A stretch of DNA of 64,000 bases, from NCBI GenBank assembly GCA_036172245.1, contig JAYWIR010000012.1:1054001-1118000 (forward strand), read 5' to 3'. Below are positions 14,701 through 26,049 of the stretch, one piece after another. Both the position numbers and the translations under genes were made by a program. This DNA comes from Raillietiella orientalis (lineage: Eukaryota). Below the pieces are notes generated by a model. The model was not told the DNA's origin and ran no database searches. It saw nothing but the letters and a program-made list of their open reading frames with translations. Within the stretch, counting starts at the first letter, position 1. Each line of letters starts with the position of its first letter.

Positions 14701-17700
14701 GCCATTTGCATATAAACGCGTTCTATTATTCCATTTTATGTATTTATTTAGCAATTTCTCACCATTGCAATTTTTATGCGATTGAAGTTCCACGGAAGGC
14801 TGTCGGGCTACGAAAGCTTTAGGGAAATGGCCAAAGCTAATAAATTATGCTTTTGCTATCGAACACGTGGAATTTTACAAGATACTGAATTTTAATTTCA
14901 GTGATTAACCCATGAATCTGTTGAATGTATGAAACAGAGGATTGGTAAGGGACGTGGCACATTTGGATGGATTGATGCTGCAAAACAAGCGGCGTTCAGT
15001 TTTACTGTAATTAGAGCTTGGACGGTCATCTCACTATCGAACCTGTTGAAACGAGCCAATGAGAAAATTTTGAATTCCTGCGATCGGGTTTACCGTTTTC
15101 AGAACTTGTGTACATTTTGCATCCACCCAGTAGTCCACAGACCAAAAGGGATAGGAGACTTGTTAAGTGTTATGGATCTCCATATGATCATGAATCCAGA
15201 ACATTTAAAAATTAATCCCAATTTTAACAAAAGGAAAGCTTTACACATGTGTACCATATGGTAGTTTTGAATAAGATCATTATAGCATGATTATGTTTGC
15301 AAATAGCAACAGAGGGCACAGCTCAGTAAGTGGCCCAACCTCGCTTTTGCCTTTCTTCCTGATAATTGTGCTTACTTATGGAAATTGGATACTCCGGTTT
15401 TCAGTTACTTTCAAAATTATTTGTTACACAGAAACCACAGAACTGCTGTTTCCAATAAGAAAAATAATGCAGCTTATGGCATGCATAAGAAACTAAAAAC
15501 TGCCATAAAAATTTGAATTTCTTTAGGCTTGCATACAAATAATATTCAGAATCACTTAATTAGGAACATATGAGGACAAGGAACTACTGAAAAAAATATT
15601 CTAGATAGGTACACATGTATGTATTTTTTCATAAATTGGTAATTCTTGTAGCAAACAGTTTTTCGAAATTTAATGCCTTGAACTGCACATTAGGAAGAAG
15701 TGCATGTCTAATATGAATTTATTTTGCTTAATTTTGTGTGGATCATACAGGTATTGGGCATTAGATAGCAAATTGATTATATAACTGATCTCAACCTTAT
15801 TGTCTGGACAGTTAAGTCATGCTGAAAGTTATTTTAATCAAGTTGATGCATTCTTATACTGTTGATGCATGAATTCCAAAATTTGAGGCCAATTTTAATG
15901 ACGAATTTAGGCCAATACAGCCTAGAAAGAAATACTTGTACTTGAAAAGAAAAGCACATGTGAGCCCCAGCTTCAGGGACCAAATGATGCACTTTTTGAT
16001 TTTAAGATCAATGCTTAAACTTCAGCAGTCTCTATAATTAAATATAGTAGTTTGGTGGATTTTCATAAGTGGTACATTTCACTTTTGTATGAATATACCT
16101 CATTTGGCAGCTTGTATGTTTTTATAGGAAGTCTTACACTCCAGTATTTGAGAAATCAGTCATCAGAAACTCAGTTATTATCGTCTTAAAGCTTTCGAAT
16201 CAAAGGCAAGACAACTGTATTTAGACAACTGTAGTTTTCTTAGTTTGATTACAGTTTTTTTCTGTCTGATTCATTTTGATGTTTACAACTGCTTGGAGAC
16301 ACATGATCCCAGTGTATTCTTTACAATTGACACTTCTTCCATTGTACATGTTTTCGATCTCCGTCAAAGGGTAGTTTCACAAATATCATTTGCTACAATC
16401 GTAAAATGCCAGCTTTTCTTGAAAGCAAATGAACTTTCTTGAGAAGTTCATTAAAAACTTCACGAACTCATTCCCCAGCCATTGTAATGTTGGATGGTAA
16501 ATACTGCACTTCTGTGGAAATTTCTCCCATAATTTGCAGATGCCTTAAAGATGTGATTTCGTGCCATTGCGAAACTTTTGTGTAAAACTTGGATGCCTTG
16601 AGCCTTTGGCTACTGTTGTGCTGTATTCCATCACTACCAAGGACTACCCACTTTTCTCAGGTGAAAATCTGTTTTCCCCAAAAAATATGCGCCTATTTTG
16701 GTACACAGCTCAGAGAAATAATTGCAGCTTGGCACTCAAAACGGCGAATTTTCGTTTTGCCGAACATCAGACCGAAATTTCGAATAACGCGGCGATTAAA
16801 GTGATCATTCATAAACTTAAAAGGCTAATTGCGGCCCATACGAACGCCGTTTCTAGCGGGACATGCCATTCTATTCAGAATCGCCACCTAACACAAAGTC
16901 CAATCCTACACGAAAATGCAACCAAATGAAACTTTCAGTTAAGTTTCAAATTGACTCGATCATTTCGAATTATGCAACACTTACACCACATTTCCAAGAA
17001 AAACTGGATATAGGCTCTCACATTGTGAAACACCAGTCTTAACTATTTCTTGAAAATCTATTTACTAAAGTTCCGAACTTACGTTATATCGAAGCAGTTG
17101 CAGTTACTGATATAAATTATTACGCATTCGTCAATAAACGATTATGAACCTCCGTTTTAACTTATTAACATTGAACTTATTAAAATTTAGAAGCAATACA
17201 ATTACCTTTTTCTTTTTTTGATATATATCATGCAGGTTTACTGACTTTTTGTTGCATAATAAGTCCTAAATTTAGTAAGTTTGTAATATACTCTTTTCAG
17301 TAAATTTTTAGATTAACAATGGAGATTTTCAGGCCCTTGCTTGTAATTAATTGGCTTTTTGTTTTTGTTTTCTTAAAGCACTATGTACAGATCTTTAATA
17401 GCTAATAATTAATTTAAACGAATCGTTTACAACCATCTCGTACAGCAGTTTGGTATCTCGTGATAGCTTTCCGATTACGCTGGACACGCATGGTATGGTT
17501 TCCTATTTCTTGATTGTCAGGGTTATCAAAATCTCAGATCCACGAAGAGCTTCCTTTCGTGTTTCTGGAGTACTGCTGTCTATAAATGTATGCTAGTGTT
17601 CCGTTTATGTAAACAATACAAAAATGGTCTGTTGTGTTTGATCTTTATCGCACAGAAGTACCTTTCTCGGAGGATTTCATCCTCCGAAAAATATTATTAG

Positions 17701-18077
17701 AGACTATTTAGAGACTGTTAGAGACCCATTATTATTAGAGACTGATGATATACTTATTATTTTCCTTATTAGAGGCAATATCAATGAGTATTTACATCAA
17801 CATCGAGACATGAGATTTAAACTATATCGGCCTTTAAAAATGAATTTCTGGAAGATCTGTCTCAATATGCATATGGTTCCCAATATTGCAAACAGTTTTT
17901 GATTGTGTGAATATTTTTGCATGTGTCCCAGGACACGATTTTGTGCCATTAACGGTTGTTCGCGATAATTCCTTTTTGGTGGCCTGTGAATTCATTATTT
18001 TTTTGTGACTGCATAAGGGGAATCGATCGCATCGACAACGACTTTTTGCGAGTGATGAGGGCAGAATGGGATCTTTT

Positions 18078-18222
18078 TTACTTACCTGGCTTGGAGGCGG
18101 TGTTGGTCACGATGGAGATCCCTCCAGAGTGAAGCTCAACCATTGAACTGCGATTGGGATAACCTCTGAGATAGCCCTGAACGTGGGTTACTCGGAAACA
18201 TAATTTTTGGATTGGGAGACTG
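18078..18222 (+). ncRNA. U1: U1 snRNA-like sequence (variant or pseudogene), truncated in stem-loop IV
   Basis: 5' end TACTTACCTGG; SL I GGAGG..GGTCACGATG..CCTCC (canonical loop GATCACGAAG); SL II loop CCATTGAACT (canonical CCATTGCAC); GTGGGTTACTCG; Sm site AATTTTTGG (18202-18210); then GGGAGACTG. Order and spacing match metazoan U1. Confidence 0.9.
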
Positions 18223-18392
18223 TTGGGAGACGCGGACTGCGGCAAAAAGTGAAAGGATAGCTCTTTAAAATGTGTATCAACATTCTTCCCCAATGAACAG
18301 CGCCCCTCCCCAGATTCCTGGACTCACCGCGGACTGCTACTAATGTACAGAGCTTGAAGATGAGAGTGCCCCCGAGAGGGACAGGATACTGC

Positions 18393-19790
18393 ATGGCTAC
18401 TCCCATGTCAACGGAGGTGTGCCAGCCGACCACCTCCTAGGAGGTAACCGCGCCAGCGTTGGTAACGATGGCGACACAGCCATCGCTGCCTTACGAGACC
18501 GTGGCAGCCTCGAATGCCGAATGCGGCAGCGGCTGCAATGGCGAAGCCGACGAAGTCCTCCATGTTTGAAATCCAGAAAACTAAGCCCGTATGGCAAATA
18601 GGCGAGGAGGTAAGGCGAATCACGTTCAGAACTGCAATGCTGAGCACGCAAACGTGTGAGATGTCACTTTATACAAGAAAAATATGGATTTTAAAGAGAT
18701 ACAAGCAATAGTACCGTCCGCAATCGGAACCATTATGTACACAGCGGACGAAGAACTGCAGGAGACCCTGGTGGAGATGCCCATCATCCTGAACGGAGAC
18801 AGCTGCGGGGATCGGAAGAACTGTCCACCACGGAGGTCTACCTGACCGGTGTCCGCCGTTTCACCAGCCAGGAAGTCGTGTGGGAGTCTTCCTCCCAGAC
18901 GGAGATGTCAAGAAGATTGTGTTCCTCAACCACATCGAGGATATCTTATCAAAGAAGGCCGTGGTGCACATCGAGCTCTTCGCCGATGCCAAAAACCCGG
19001 GAGTCGTCTCCAGCAACGAGCCCTCCCAGCACGTGCAGGTTCTACACCGCCTGCAATCCACATTGTGCACGGGTTGCAAACAGTTTGGCCATCGGCCGGG
19101 AACCTACCCGAAGGCGCAGTGCTTCAAGTGCCGCCGAATGGATCACTTTATTAAGGAGTGTACGAGAGCTTCACAGTTCCACCACTATAAAATTTCGCGG
19201 CAAGTGATGCGTGAGTACGAGAAGTGCTTCGCTTGTTTTGTATTCCAAGGGCTGGCTTCGCTGTCTGCAGTACAGGAAAAAGGAGCAGCAGGAAGTAGTG
19301 GTGCCCACCCAACGCAGGCGTTGACCTGGGATAAATGGAAGTTTTTAAGTGAAAGAAGAACTTCTACTTCGCCCAGTAGCACGACCGAGGAGGAGAAGAA
19401 GATGACCGATTATGAGCAGGAGGTGGTCATACTCGCAAAAACGGTCCCTCCGGACAACACAAAGGATGAACAGAAGGAGGCTATGTTCCGCATCTCTGCA
19501 CTTCAGAGAGAGAACCTAAACAAGCTGGTGGACGAGAAGATGCATCGCCTGCTAGCGAAGGACACTCTGAACGTGACGAAAGCCGATATCATCGAGCTGG
19601 TCTAGCAGGTCTTGTTTCCCGCAAAGACGACGACGAGGGCCGTCCGTCTAACACAGAAGGAGGAGAGCATAATGGACGACACCAGCTACTACATCAAGTC
19701 GGAGAGACAGCGACATGAGGGAGAGACGACCCTCTAAGAGGGGGCGAAGAACGTCTCCCAAAGAAAAGAGGAAGAGCAAAAACGTGGAAT
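18393..19790 (+). pseudogene. LINE ORF1 (gag-like, zinc knuckle), frameshifted
   Basis: ORF 18880-19605 contains CTGCKQFGHRPGTYPKAQCFKCRRMDHFIKEC (tandem CCHC knuckles, the first degenerate). Upstream broken frames give LVEMPIILNG and TEVYLTGV. The start is approximate. Confidence 0.8.
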
Positions 19791-19799
19791 TAAACACGC

Positions 19800-22700
19800 A
19801 TGGCCTCCTTCCTGTCGCCAGTCAGGATTCCGAAGATCGCCTTCCGGAACATCAACGACATGTGGAGCGAGGACAGGAGAAGAATCATGTGGACCATCGA
19901 GCGTGACGATATCGTGTGTCGTCAGGAAACCCACGAGACAAGGCAACAGATCTGCCTGGAACTCGAGAAGCGAATGTACTCCCAGCTGTTCCTTAGCTCG
20001 AACGGGAAGCAGACGGACTCTTGACGAGGCGATCCTCGTCAAGAACGTCATCACGCACACCCTCCTGGTATCCTTTTCCCCATGGCCTGGCTGCATCGTC
20101 GGAGTTCGGATGTCCTGGTCCGGAAACGTCCAACTGTGTCTGATGAATGTGTATGCACCGCATAGGGAGAAACATCGATGCGCGGAAGCTGTGCAGGTGT
20201 TTGCTGCGCAGCAGTTCCGCGCCTAAAGACCGCCGTCGTCGTGTGAGACCTAAACACCCCGAAACACGCAGACCAACAAGACCCACGAGCGAGATGAGGG
20301 GCGTTTTCGCAGCTGTACGATGAATTCGGACTGCAGTGGCTGACAGCCAGCCACAAGCCGATAAACCACGTTCTGTACAGCGAGGACGTAGGGAACCGCA
20401 TCCAGTGGTTTCGGCTACTTGAAACTCTGCTCTCGGATCACTAGCTGCTGCGATTCACCTTTAAGACGGACAACCTCGGAGGAAAAATGGCTCCAGGGCT
20501 GCGCTGATCGGCATGCCCTAATAGCTCTCAAGTTTCCCCACCACCAGCAACTCATCGAGGTGATTCTGTGGGACACAGAATCCACAGAGTCGACGACTGG
20601 AACCTCTGAAAGATACCATCCATATGTTTGCGAACATTCAGTACGGCGAGAGGAAATGGTGACAGGAGGCGTTTTGGGAGTTGAACATCCGAGGACACTG
20701 CCTCTCGAGGTACTGGCACTTGAATTAGAGACGGTACATCTTCCGTTCGGTGTAAGGAAAAGTTGGCGTTCTGGAGAAGAAGAAACTGGAAGCAGGCATC
20801 TTTTTCATCCAGCACGAAGACGAAATGCTCCACGAGCAAGAAGGAATCGTGAAGGCATTCCACAGGCACAGAAGCAGGATGCGACTTTCGCCCAAAGGAG
20901 GCGATCAATCTCCATCCTGCGAAGTGATTGCCGAAGACATGGGCCAACCTCTTGAGCTCAATTCTACTTAAACACCTGCAATCGGTAGAACGCGCGCACG
21001 CGCGTGCGAGTGTCACTAGGGAAGAACACGCTGGTCATTTCTCGTCTTCGCCGTCTATTGTATCTTCCAGTGTGCTGCTAGTTTCCTCCACGGTCAAGGA
21101 ACCTCTCTTAGCGGCGATGAAGCTACGGGAACTGGTGCTCGTACTCAGTCTGCTGCTTCCCGTCCCCATGGAGCGCATCTTTGACTTGAGTGTAGTCAGT
21201 TCACGACTCATCGTATCGTTCGATTCGGAGACGTCCTCCAGGTCACGCTGCGCCTTCCTGCGCAGTGCCTTCTCTCGACTGCACTCTTCCTCAGCCTCCT
21301 CGAACTGCCTCTTGATGGCCTTTATGCGGTTCCCCATCTTGTCAAGCTGCTCTTTGTTTTGCTCGGAAGGTCTGCGTTCGTCTTCCAGCTGCAGCAGCAG
21401 CTTCTTGATGAGTTTGTCCTGCTTATGGGAGTTTTTGGAGTGCATCTAGTTTTCTGTTTGTCGACCATCTCTTTGACGCAGCCATGCGAGCAGACCGGGC
21501 ACGGCACACGTGAAGAGTGTCCAACCCACCATCGGCCACAGCCGATACGTCAGGGACAACCTGGTGCTGGGTTTCACGGATATGGAGAAGGCCTTGGACA
21601 CTGTGGACCACGGAATGCTGCTGAAGATTCTGAGGAAACTGGGCTACCCAGGATACTTTGGCGAATACATCGAGATGACTATGGGGCCAACACTGAAAGA
21701 TCACAATAAACGGAAAAGATATAGACGCAATCCAGATGAAAAAGGCAATCAGTCCGTTGATGCTTGTAATCTACCTGCAGACAGTGTCGTCCCTGATCAA
21801 CAGAGGCGACCGCCTGCAAGGAATCATCATCGATGACGATAGACACATCACTTGGCTTTGCTCACGATCTTCTCTTCTTCGTGAAGGACGAGAGAGATCA
21901 ACATACGTTCCTTGGTGCAGTAGTTGAGTCCATGGGAAAAGGACTGAGCTTGAAGATCAACTTCCAGAAGTCGAAACTGTTGCCTATCGGAATCCTGGGT
22001 CTCTCCTCCTTCACGGAGAAGGGATGCCGAGTGGTGGATGAACTTAAATACCTAGGAATCAGACGTCAGAGATGCTTCTCTCCACAGATCCAGAGGAACG
22101 AATCCTAGGAAAAGCCAGACAGCGGACGATACATTCGCGTGGACTTCAGCATGGAGCCGTATGCGAACTTGTCGAATGGAGCTCCCCTTCTCAAGATGCT
22201 CCTCGGAGCGACCTTCTGTTCATTGGATAAGAAAACAAGGATGGAAATGGAACAGCTTCGATGCAAGATCCTCTGGAGCGAGCACAAAGCACGGGTGCAG
22301 CTGACAGTTCTATGTCGACCACAAGAGGGAGGTGGGATCGGGATGGAGTCGCTGCAGCAATCAATCCGTGGACGGCGTTGACGCGCAACAACCCCTGCAT
22401 CTCAGCAGCGACTGGAACCAGTGGCCTCATGCGGCGCACAAAGCCCACTCGAAACTGGTCAACAACTCGAGAGACACTCAATAGGCAAGCGTGGAGACTG
22501 GGGGGAACATGGACCCCAACGTGGCAAACGAGACAGGCACCGCTTCCAGATAGTGCCTCGAAGCAAGGAATTGTGGCAGGAGGAGATTGCCTATTTCACA
22601 AGGGCCCCTCGAGAGACTTGGAAACGGATGATGCAGAGGACAGGAGGGAAGATTCGCAACTGCGAACAGCTCACCACGAGTGGCAGCTGCTACAGAATGC

Positions 22701-23350
22701 GCCTGCATCGCTGCATCACGAAAACGATCGAAAACTTCAGCCACAGGACCCGCGAGCTCTGGAAACGTGAAGCGACGAATGAGTGGGGCCACAGACATCG
22801 TCCGCGAGCAAATGAAGGAGGAAGCCAATGAAGACGGTTTACTGGACAAAGTTGCCAACCGCTACGGAAGAACCTGCTAGCGGTTGGCACAACGATATGG
22901 AGGAGCGATTTACCACCGGGCATGGTCACCGGGATGACCTTCCGAATGAGCACCACGGAGGCTTCCTGAGCGACTCCCACTAAAGCATTGGACAAGCAGC
23001 AGCCAAGACGAGCTCTGCAAGGTGTGTGGAGACAGGGACATCCGGTTCCACGTTTTTACCTGCCCGACGCTGCTCCAGGATTGGACAACGCTGAAGGCGG
23101 TGACCGGCCTGCAGACGAAAGGAAAGATGGAGATCTTGGCAGGAAGGCATGATGGGAGCAGAAACGTTCCTCGATGCATTCCCATTGTGCGGCCCTTTCC
23201 ATCACGAGCATCGCGATAAGACGGATGAAATCCGGGAATACCAACGTTGAAGTGCCTAGTCTCAACATTTGCAAAAGAGTGCTGCAAAGAGAAATTAGAA
23301 TCAGCAGCTGCGACAGAGTATCCACCTGGACCTACCGTTAAATCCTGAAG
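19800..23350 (+). pseudogene. LINE ORF2 (APE endonuclease + reverse transcriptase + zinc-binding tail), frameshifted and interrupted
   Basis: APE: KIAFRNIND, DIVCRQETH, LMNVYAP. RT: ISIL..D.KTWANLL..L.KHL, FTDMEKALDTVDH, ISPLMLVIY, FAHDL, SLKINFQKS, KYLGI. Tail: LCRPQEGGGIG, CKVCG..HVFTCP. Confidence 0.9.
20985..21460 (-). pseudogene. zip: Captured 3' fragment of non-muscle myosin II heavy chain (end of coiled-coil rod, tailpiece, stop and ~50 nt downstream)
   Basis: ORF 21035-21445 reads KLLLQLEDERRPSEQNKEQLDKMGNRIKAIKRQFEEAEEECSREKALRRKAQRDLED..MSRELTTLKSKMR, matching the MYH9/MYH10/zipper rod end. The tailpiece SSRL..KRGS..DGED resembles Drosophila zipper. Confidence 0.9.
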
Positions 23351-23559
23351 AAGATGAATGATGCTGCCCAAACGAGTGGACTGCCCTCGAGACCCTAGTT
23401 GCCTCCATTCCCCAATAAAGGAGAATCCTGTACATGGCAAACCGCAACAATCGGTGACATCTCGTGGATGCTTACAGAAATGTGTGATTGTAGTTCTTGA
23501 AGGTGGCCAAGGAAATTCACCCCACTGCTTATGGGCTTGGGGAACTCTACTGCGCAGAC

Positions 23560-26030
23560 GGATAACGGAGACAGCAGAGAGGATGAAAGGAAAAAAAAAA
23601 CAATAAAACTACAAACACAAAAAAAAAGAGCTGAAAGAAAAACAGCATACAGAAGAAAAAAGAAGAACCCAAGGATTTCCATCGTCCTAGGCCAATAGTA
23701 ACGATCTCCTCGTGGGGGTCGCTACTGGCCTTCATTAGAAAAAAAAAAAAAAAAAACTACAAACACAAACGAAATAACTTTTAGGGGGCACGGGAGGGGA
23801 TCATGGCCTGCCGGAGGCCGTTCCCTGCATCCTGTCTGAGGATGCCATTAAGTTCCTCCTGCTGTTCTTCAGGTGAGACTATTTTGTTGTTTCTCCTCCG
23901 AAAAACGTGGATGGACGGCGAGCGAAGCTGGTGGCAGACGAGGTCAGTGGAAGCAGCAGAAAGCCGCTCATCCGCATTCTCGTTATCAGTTCCCGGAGCT
24001 GTTTGGATAACGAACCTCTGCAAAAAGACAAAGTCGTCCCACCCTCCCATCCATGTTTGAGAAAAACGCAGCTCACAGCACTTCCTTGAGAAACGACGCG
24101 ACTCTCTTGAGTGAGGCGACTTCTTTCCAAGTGGTCTTCCATTCAGAACTCCTGAGAATGCGGAGGAGGATTGAGGGACAGTGTTTCCTACTGTGCTGCC
24201 ATCTCATTCCAACGGGTTCTGGAAGCACGTGACGGTCCTTCTGGAGAGCGGAAGAAGCACATCCTAGAAAAGAAGCTGCTCGTATGCAGCCTCTTGCAGC
24301 AGCTCGGTTCCCCGGAGATTTTCGAGGCTAGCGTTCCGCTAATGACCTTCGAAGCGAAGTGCAGATGATCAGGCTGACAACGAAAATTCGAAATCTCGAG
24401 AGTCCTGTCTCTCAGGACTTCACCTTTCTCATCGAGCCCAAGCATCAGCCCAAGCATAGGCCCGGAGCGCTTCTCGGAAGACGTTACTCACGTGCAAGGC
24501 TCAAAACCGAGCCTCGACCGTATTCGCCTCGACAAATGGATTCGTTTGCGCGCATGAAGGAAACAACCCTCGAAGAACCGTCGTTGCGAGGAAGATTCTT
24601 CCCCCCCCCCCCCCCCTTCGCGAAGGAACCGCGTTGCCGACTCTTGGCCGAGCTGGGAACGGCCTCAGGGACGGAGAATGCGACCGAGAATTGATTCCAT
24701 CACTTACCTTGCGTGCCGACCGACGGCATTCAGTCTTTGGCTGCTATAATTCCCGTGAATTTCCTCGGACTTCTCTTCCGAGGACCAACACGTGGACTTT
24801 CGCTCACGTGAGGTATCCCGGCCTCAGGAGTCGATCCTCACCAGCCCATGTGAAGAAGCCCCTACGAAATCTACTCTAATTAATTTTTCGATTCTTTTTT
24901 CATCCGCCTGTTTGGACGGGAAACGCAAACACAGAGGTGTGTCTGTTTGCCTTCTCCGGCCAAACATGGATGTTCATCTCATTCCGCTTGTGGTCGAACC
25001 GGTCGCCCACCGTGATCGCTTCAGCACGAACATCCAGAAAGAGCGGAGGGACCGTATGCTTGGGTTCTCCTTGTATTACAAGGCTGTTTGGTTGCCCCCG
25101 GTGACGAGCTCTCATGCAAGCATTCTGCAGGCTGCTCGTAGCGAGTGCACGCCACCCTCCTGGCAGCCCAACAAACAAAAGGGGTCGTCGAAGGAGAAAA
25201 AGGATTCCTCGTTCGCATTCCTCTCAGCCGGCTTTTCCTCCCGCACACGCTTTCGCATCAGTGTTTTCAGAGCTGGTGATTCAAGTTAGAGCGCCCTACT
25301 TTGACCGAAACGAATGGAATCTCTAAATGGGGTTTTCCAGATTGCTGTCGCGCGAAGGGAGGCTTGTAGCAAGCCCCTGAAAAGTTTCCTCTTATTAGAA
25401 GCTCTCAGCTGCTTTTCCTTGACTTACCTGAAGACGGGAAGAAGAGGAACCGCATGTATCGAAACTCCGAGCACAAGTTGAAGTCGCGAACTCCTCCTCC
25501 TTCCCCCGATCCCCTGCCGCCATCCTTTCGCTTTCGGGAGACACGGATTCGAGAGAAACCCTTTGCTCTTTTCAGTCGATGGAAGTGACCCTACGCTATC
25601 CTCTGGAGCCGCCAAGAGATGATAATTTCCAGAATCCATGCAACTAGACCATCATAAACCGTAGAGCATTGCATCTAAAGTTCGCTAATCTTCCGCATCC
25701 CGTACCGCTTTCTGGGTGCAGCCCACGAATAGCGAGTCTCAAGAGAAATCGAATTTGGGGACCCATCCTGACACTCAAGGGTGGGCAAGTCTGCTGTTTC
25801 CAGGTAGCGTCCGCGAGACGTCGTGAAATCAGGGAAATCCGTGACGGCGGCCTCGATCTGTGGAAGGGAACAGGTCCTCCGTTATGTCCTCCGTTGTGCA
25901 GAGCGAGCCTCATCTACAGGAGCGGATTCATAAAATCTCTTCCTCAAGAGTGATCAGGTGTGCAAACCAGATGCTTCACAGTTACCGAGGAATCGACGTT
26001 GGCACCTCGCCTCTGGGAGAGTTACGCCCC
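23560..26030 (-). mobile_element. Decayed L1/Tx1-like element (RT domains 4-7 to T-rich 3' UTR), tail-to-tail with the + strand LINE
   Basis: Minus-strand remnants LSVRMGP (GVRQG-like), AED (YADD-like) and LVLGV (YLG-like). The 3' end CATGATCCCCTCCC plus a T-rich tract has the same layout as 9391-9480. Confidence 0.45.
23622..23752 (+). mobile_element. Short, 5'-truncated poly(A) retro-insertion with 17 bp target-site duplication
   Basis: AAAACTACAAACACAAA occurs at 23605-23621 and 23753-23769, flanking ~130 bp that ends in a hairpin plus a poly(A) run. Confidence 0.7.
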
Positions 26031-26049
26031 CAAGCCGTTTAAGGTGTGG

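Larger units (their letters stand above)
18223..23550 (+). mobile_element. Near full-length, inactivated L1/Tx1-clade non-LTR retrotransposon
   Basis: Gag-like ORF1 with zinc knuckles, then APE endonuclease, RT and a C-terminal CCHC-like region in canonical order. There are many frameshifts and stops, and no clear poly(A) tail of its own. Confidence 0.9.

Noticed and set aside
17667..17690. Bacterial intrinsic terminator or Helitron 3' end
   Set aside because: The context is eukaryotic, and no CTRR terminus lies at the expected distance on either strand.
21035..21445. Functional stand-alone myosin gene
   Set aside because: It covers only the last ~136 residues, has an in-frame TAG immediately upstream, has no other myosin exons visible in the window, and interrupts an RT frame.
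23739..23756. Poly(A) tail of the 18.2-23.5 kb LINE
   Set aside because: It is enclosed by its own 17 bp TSD within the 3' UTR of the opposing element, so it belongs to a separate small insertion.
23797..23825. Hairpin GGGATCATGGCC..GGCCGTTCCC as the displaced U1 stem-loop IV
   Set aside because: It lacks the TTCG loop, does not complement GGGAGACTG, and fits the minus-strand LINE end seen also at ~9391.
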